This document shows, piece after piece, positions 54,221-57,171 of a DNA stretch of 57,171 nt. Source of the DNA: an uncultured Clostridia bacterium (lineage in GTDB: Bacteria; Bacillota_I; Bacilli_A; RF39; UBA660); assembly GCA_947643225.1 (NCBI GenBank), contig CANRVH010000004.1:1-57171 (forward strand), in the 5' to 3' direction. How positions within the stretch are numbered: the first letter of the stretch is position 1; each line of letters starts with the position of its first letter. A program made the position numbers and the translations under genes. The notes under the pieces are model-generated. The model worked only from the letters and a program-made list of their open reading frames with translations. It did no database searches and was not told the origin of the DNA.

Positions 54221-55873
54221 ATGAGCAAAATAAAAATATTTAGTTTAGGTGGATTAAATGAAAATGGAAAAAATATGTATATCGTTGAAGTAGATAAGAA
54301 AATTTTCGTTTTTGATGCTGGACTAAAATATGATAATGATATTAATTTGGGAATTGACTACATTATTCCCAATTATGATTATTTAATTAAAAATAAAAAA
54401 AATGTAGTAGGAATTTTTTTAACTCATGGACATGAAAGTCATATCGGTGCTGTACCAGATATATTGAAAACTTTGCCTGGTATCCCAGTTTATGGAACAA
54501 AATTAACTTTAGAGATATTAAAAAATGATTTAGATGAACGGACAATGAAAAAGGCAAAGTTGATTGAGTTAAAACCACACATAAAAATTAATTTTGGAAG
54601 GCTTTCCATTTTTCCAATTAGTGTAACCCATTCTATTCCTGATGCTTTATTATATGTTTTATATACTCATGATGGGGCGATTGTTTATACGGGTGATTAT
54701 GTATTCGATTCTACTGTTCCAGCTCCTTATCAGACTGATATTGGAAAATTAGCTTATGTTGGAAAACAAGGAGTTTTATGTTTACTTAGTGAATCAATGT
54801 ATGCAGCACTACCAGGGCACACAAGTCCAAATAATCGAGTTGCTTCTTTTATTAAAAGTGTTTTGAATAAAAGTGAGAATAGGATTATAGCGACAATTTT
54901 TCCTGCCCATTTTTATCGTATTCAAGAGATTTTTAATGAAGTTAGTAAGACGAATAGACAAATTGTTATTATGGGAAAAAAACTTCAGGGAGTCATTTTT
55001 AAAGCAATAGAGGATGGATATTTAACGATTCATAAAAATAAAATTGGTAATTTATCCAATATTAACGATAAAAATATAGTAATTTTAATTTCTGATGAAA
55101 GAGAAAAACCATTTGCTAATTTGGAAAGAATTATTAGAGGGTATGATAAGTATATTACAATTAAGGAAACAGATACAATTTTTATTACAGAGCCTGCTTA
55201 TGAAGGAATTGAAAAAAGAACAGCAGAAATTATGGATGAAATTGCTATGCTTGGTGCAGATGCTACATCTTTATCTAGTAAGAAACATTTACTTCATCAT
55301 GCATCACGAGAGGATTTAATGTTAATGATTAATTTAATGAATCCAAAGTATTATTTTCCTGTAAAAGGTGAATATCGAAATTTATATGCAAATGCTATGG
55401 TTGCCGAAGAAATAGGAATTTCTAAAGAAAATATTATTTTAAAACAAAATGGAGATGCTATTGAGTTTATTAATGGAGTTTTAACTGATCATAAGGAACA
55501 TATTAAAACTGATGAGGTTTTAATTGATGGAACAAGTGGAGAAGATGTTGGTGATTTGGTTTTAAAAGATAGGGAAATGATTGGAGAAAATGGAATTGTC
55601 ATTGTTAGTTGTACTCTAGATAAAATAACAAAAAAAATTATTGGGGGACCAGAAATACTAACAAGAGGATTTATTTATGTTAAAGATAATCAACCATTAC
55701 TTGAAGAAACAAAAAGTTTATCTGAAGAATTAATTGAAAATAATATTGAAATTAATGTTAAAAGGGTGGATTATTCTAGAATCAAGAATGAGGTTAGGGA
55801 TAAACTTGGTAAATTTTTCTATGAAAAAACAGGATCAAAGCCAATGATTATTACTGTTATTCAGGAAGTTTAG
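54221..55873 (+). CDS. rnj: Ribonuclease J (variant metallo-beta-lactamase motif 2)
   Basis: 550 aa, starting I.SLGGL.E.GKNMY, with beta-CASP and a C-terminal domain. Motif 2 reads THGHESH at 54422-54442 instead of the canonical HxHxDH. Confidence 0.85.
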   Translation: MSKIKIFSLGGLNENGKNMYIVEVDKKIFVFDAGLKYDNDINLGIDYIIPNYDYLIKNKKNVVGIFLTHGHESHIGAVPDILKTLPGIPVYGTKLTLEILKNDLDERTMKKAKLIELKPHIKINFGRLSIFPISVTHSIPDALLYVLYTHDGAIVYTGDYVFDSTVPAPYQTDIGKLAYVGKQGVLCLLSESMYAALPGHTSPNNRVASFIKSVLNKSENRIIATIFPAHFYRIQEIFNEVSKTNRQIVIMGKKLQGVIFKAIEDGYLTIHKNKIGNLSNINDKNIVILISDEREKPFANLERIIRGYDKYITIKETDTIFITEPAYEGIEKRTAEIMDEIAMLGADATSLSSKKHLLHHASREDLMLMINLMNPKYYFPVKGEYRNLYANAMVAEEIGISKENIILKQNGDAIEFINGVLTDHKEHIKTDEVLIDGTSGEDVGDLVLKDREMIGENGIVIVSCTLDKITKKIIGGPEILTRGFIYVKDNQPLLEETKSLSEELIENNIEINVKRVDYSRIKNEVRDKLGKFFYEKTGSKPMIITVIQEV

Positions 55874-55882
55874 GATGAAAAG

Positions 55883-55912
55883 ACGTTACTATTTAGTTAG
55901 TAATGTTTTTTT
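55883..55912 (+). terminator. Rho-independent terminator after rnj
   Basis: ACGTTACTA pairs with TAGTAATGT (9 bp, one G-U) around a 6-nt loop, followed by T6-7. Confidence 0.7.
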
Positions 55913-55989
55913 GTATAAATGAATTAAAATAGATTAAATGTGGTTGCATAATATACTAATATTTGATAATTTTAATTTAGGTGATGTAA

Positions 55990-56997
55990 ATGAAGGTGTT
56001 ACTATATGCAGAAGGATTAAAAACAATAGGAAAAAGTGGATTGGGAAAAGCTATTGAACATCAAAAAAGAGCGCTAGAATATATGAAAATATCCTATACT
56101 ACAAATATAGATGATGATTATGATATTTTACATATTAATACTTATTTTTTAAAATCTTATTTTCTTGCTAAAAGAGCGAAAAAGAAGGGAAAGAAAATAG
56201 TTTACCATGCACATTCTACTGAGGAGGATTATAAAGATGGATTCATTTTTGCTAAACAAACCTCTAAGTTGTTTAAAAAAGTGTTGATAAAATGTTATTC
56301 TTTAGGAGATATTATTGTGACTCCAACACCATATTCTAAGAGAATTTTAGAAGGATATAAAGGATTGGAAGGAAAAAAAATTGTTGCAATTTCTAATGGA
56401 ATTGAACTGGATTTTTTTAAAAAAGAAAAAAATGATCGAAAGGAATTTAGAAAAAAATATGGTTATACGGAAAAAGACAAAGTAGTAATTGGAATAGGCT
56501 TATATATTAGAAGAAAGGGAATTGTAGATTTTGTAGAACTTGCTAAACGACTTCCAGAGTATCAATTTATTTGGTTCGGGCAGTCTCCACTTGCTGCTGC
56601 AACTGATGATGTAAGAAAAGCAGTAAATACAAAACTTCCAAATTTGAAGTTTGCAGGATATGTAGAACAGGATCAAATTAGATTAGCTTTAGGAGGCTGT
56701 GATTTATATTTATTTCCAACATTGGAAGAAACTGAAGGAATTCCGATTATTGAGGCTTGCGCGATGAAATGTAATGCTTTAATTCGAGACATTCCTATTT
56801 TTGAAGGATATTTAGAGGATGGAATAAATGTCTATAAAGCAAAAAATATAGATCAGTTTGAGTCGAAGATTAAGAAAATTTTAAATCAGGACTTACCATC
56901 AGTTGCTAATCAATCATATGAAGTTGCCAAAGAAAGAGATATTAAGATGGTGGGAGAAAAATTAAAAAAGGTATATGAAGAGGTTATAGAAAAATAA
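55990..56997 (+). CDS. GT4-family (GT-B fold) glycosyltransferase
   Basis: 335 aa with the C-terminal E-x7-E region PTLEETEGIPIIEA and a typical group-1 layout. The substrate is not inferable. Confidence 0.75.
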   Translation: MKVLLYAEGLKTIGKSGLGKAIEHQKRALEYMKISYTTNIDDDYDILHINTYFLKSYFLAKRAKKKGKKIVYHAHSTEEDYKDGFIFAKQTSKLFKKVLIKCYSLGDIIVTPTPYSKRILEGYKGLEGKKIVAISNGIELDFFKKEKNDRKEFRKKYGYTEKDKVVIGIGLYIRRKGIVDFVELAKRLPEYQFIWFGQSPLAAATDDVRKAVNTKLPNLKFAGYVEQDQIRLALGGCDLYLFPTLEETEGIPIIEACAMKCNALIRDIPIFEGYLEDGINVYKAKNIDQFESKIKKILNQDLPSVANQSYEVAKERDIKMVGEKLKKVYEEVIEK

Positions 56998-57171
56998 TTT
57001 TTTATCATAGTGATAAGAAATACTCCTACTTCAAATAATAAGTATTAAAAAGTCTGATTAATTGAAGTTGGATTTTTTTTGTTAAGTATTAAAAAAATGT
57101 CAGAAAAAGTTTTGAACTTGTGTAGTTGTCAATGATGTGAGACAAAAATAAGTCGAAAAAAATATTAATTG

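Noticed and set aside
54140-54223. The 81 nt between the rnc TGA stop and the rnj ATG are in frame and free of stops, suggesting an rnc-rnj read-through fusion.
   Set aside because: Both proteins have complete, family-typical termini and rnj has its own AGGAAAAAA-type SD. The open spacer is short enough to be chance in A-rich sequence.
4827-55319. Other nested or antisense track ORFs: 4827-5039, 6621-6812, 20025-20261, 20416-20643, 36888-37100, 37420-37638, 37754-37939, 38442-38648, 40268-40492, 48549-48734, 54387-54578 and 55095-55319.
   Set aside because: Each lies wholly inside, or spans the end of, a longer and better-supported gene, often one with recognisable conserved motifs. None has a convincing SD, and several cross terminator hairpins.
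1-57171. Possibility that the organism uses genetic code 4 (TGA = Trp), given the extreme AT-richness and rarity of TGA stops.
   Set aside because: All conserved genes (ftsZ, nrdD, tex, ftsK, murG and others) are full length under code 11 with no in-frame TGA. Trp is always TGG. Reading through the four TGA stops only adds short nonsense tails.
1-57171. CRISPR arrays, rRNA or tRNA genes, IS elements, integrases, prophage genes.
   Set aside because: There are no regularly spaced short direct repeats, no cloverleaf-capable GC-rich segments or rRNA-like stretches, and no ORF with transposase, recombinase or phage structural motifs.

Overview
This is a 57.2-kb chromosomal segment from a very AT-rich, cell-walled, anaerobe-type Bacillota genome (roughly 30% GC by eye, not computed). 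Gene content and order are reminiscent of Erysipelotrichia or related low-GC Bacilli, but the lineage cannot be fixed from this window. There are about 50 credible genes, mostly on the + strand. The genetic code is the standard code 11: every Trp in conserved genes is TGG, and TGA terminates 4 genes.

The backbone is a fragmented division/cell-wall (dcw) neighbourhood: ftsW (1.8 kb), murG-murB-divIB (20.3-23.0 kb), ftsA-ftsZ (32.9-35.3 kb) and ftsK (40.8-43.1 kb). Housekeeping genes surround it: two FAD oxidoreductases, a PAP2 phosphatase, dgkA, an adenylate-forming ligase, tex, a crp/fnr-type regulator, nrdD-nrdG-dut, deoD, an M16 peptidase pair, an ABC exporter, an alkD-like gene, yidD, rnc, rnj and a GT4 glycosyltransferase.

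The main point of interest is an accessory envelope gene set threaded between the dcw blocks:
- Four paralogous small secreted or anchored proteins whose N-termini and strand motifs look like TasA/camelysin-type fibre subunits (16512, 19034, 19638, 24365).
- A Cys-rich lectin-like C-terminal module shared by two genes 14 kb apart (16512-17684 and 31821-32738).
- A 1168-aa modular protein with a type IV prepilin signal (37161-40667), with no pilus machinery in the window.
- A Wzy_C/O-antigen-ligase-like membrane protein (17715-18896) and a GT-C-like membrane protein (22960-24297) wedged among these genes.
- An output-less phosphorelay (hybrid histidine kinase plus Hpt-REC, 13345-15953) directly upstream.

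Other items are a decayed ABC1/UbiB-like kinase pseudogene, a triple helicase-associated-domain repeat protein, an HExxH membrane protein and several candidate operators and terminators. I recognised no rRNA, tRNA, CRISPR array, transposase, integrase or phage gene.

All family assignments come from motif recognition by eye and memory of the families. No searches were run.
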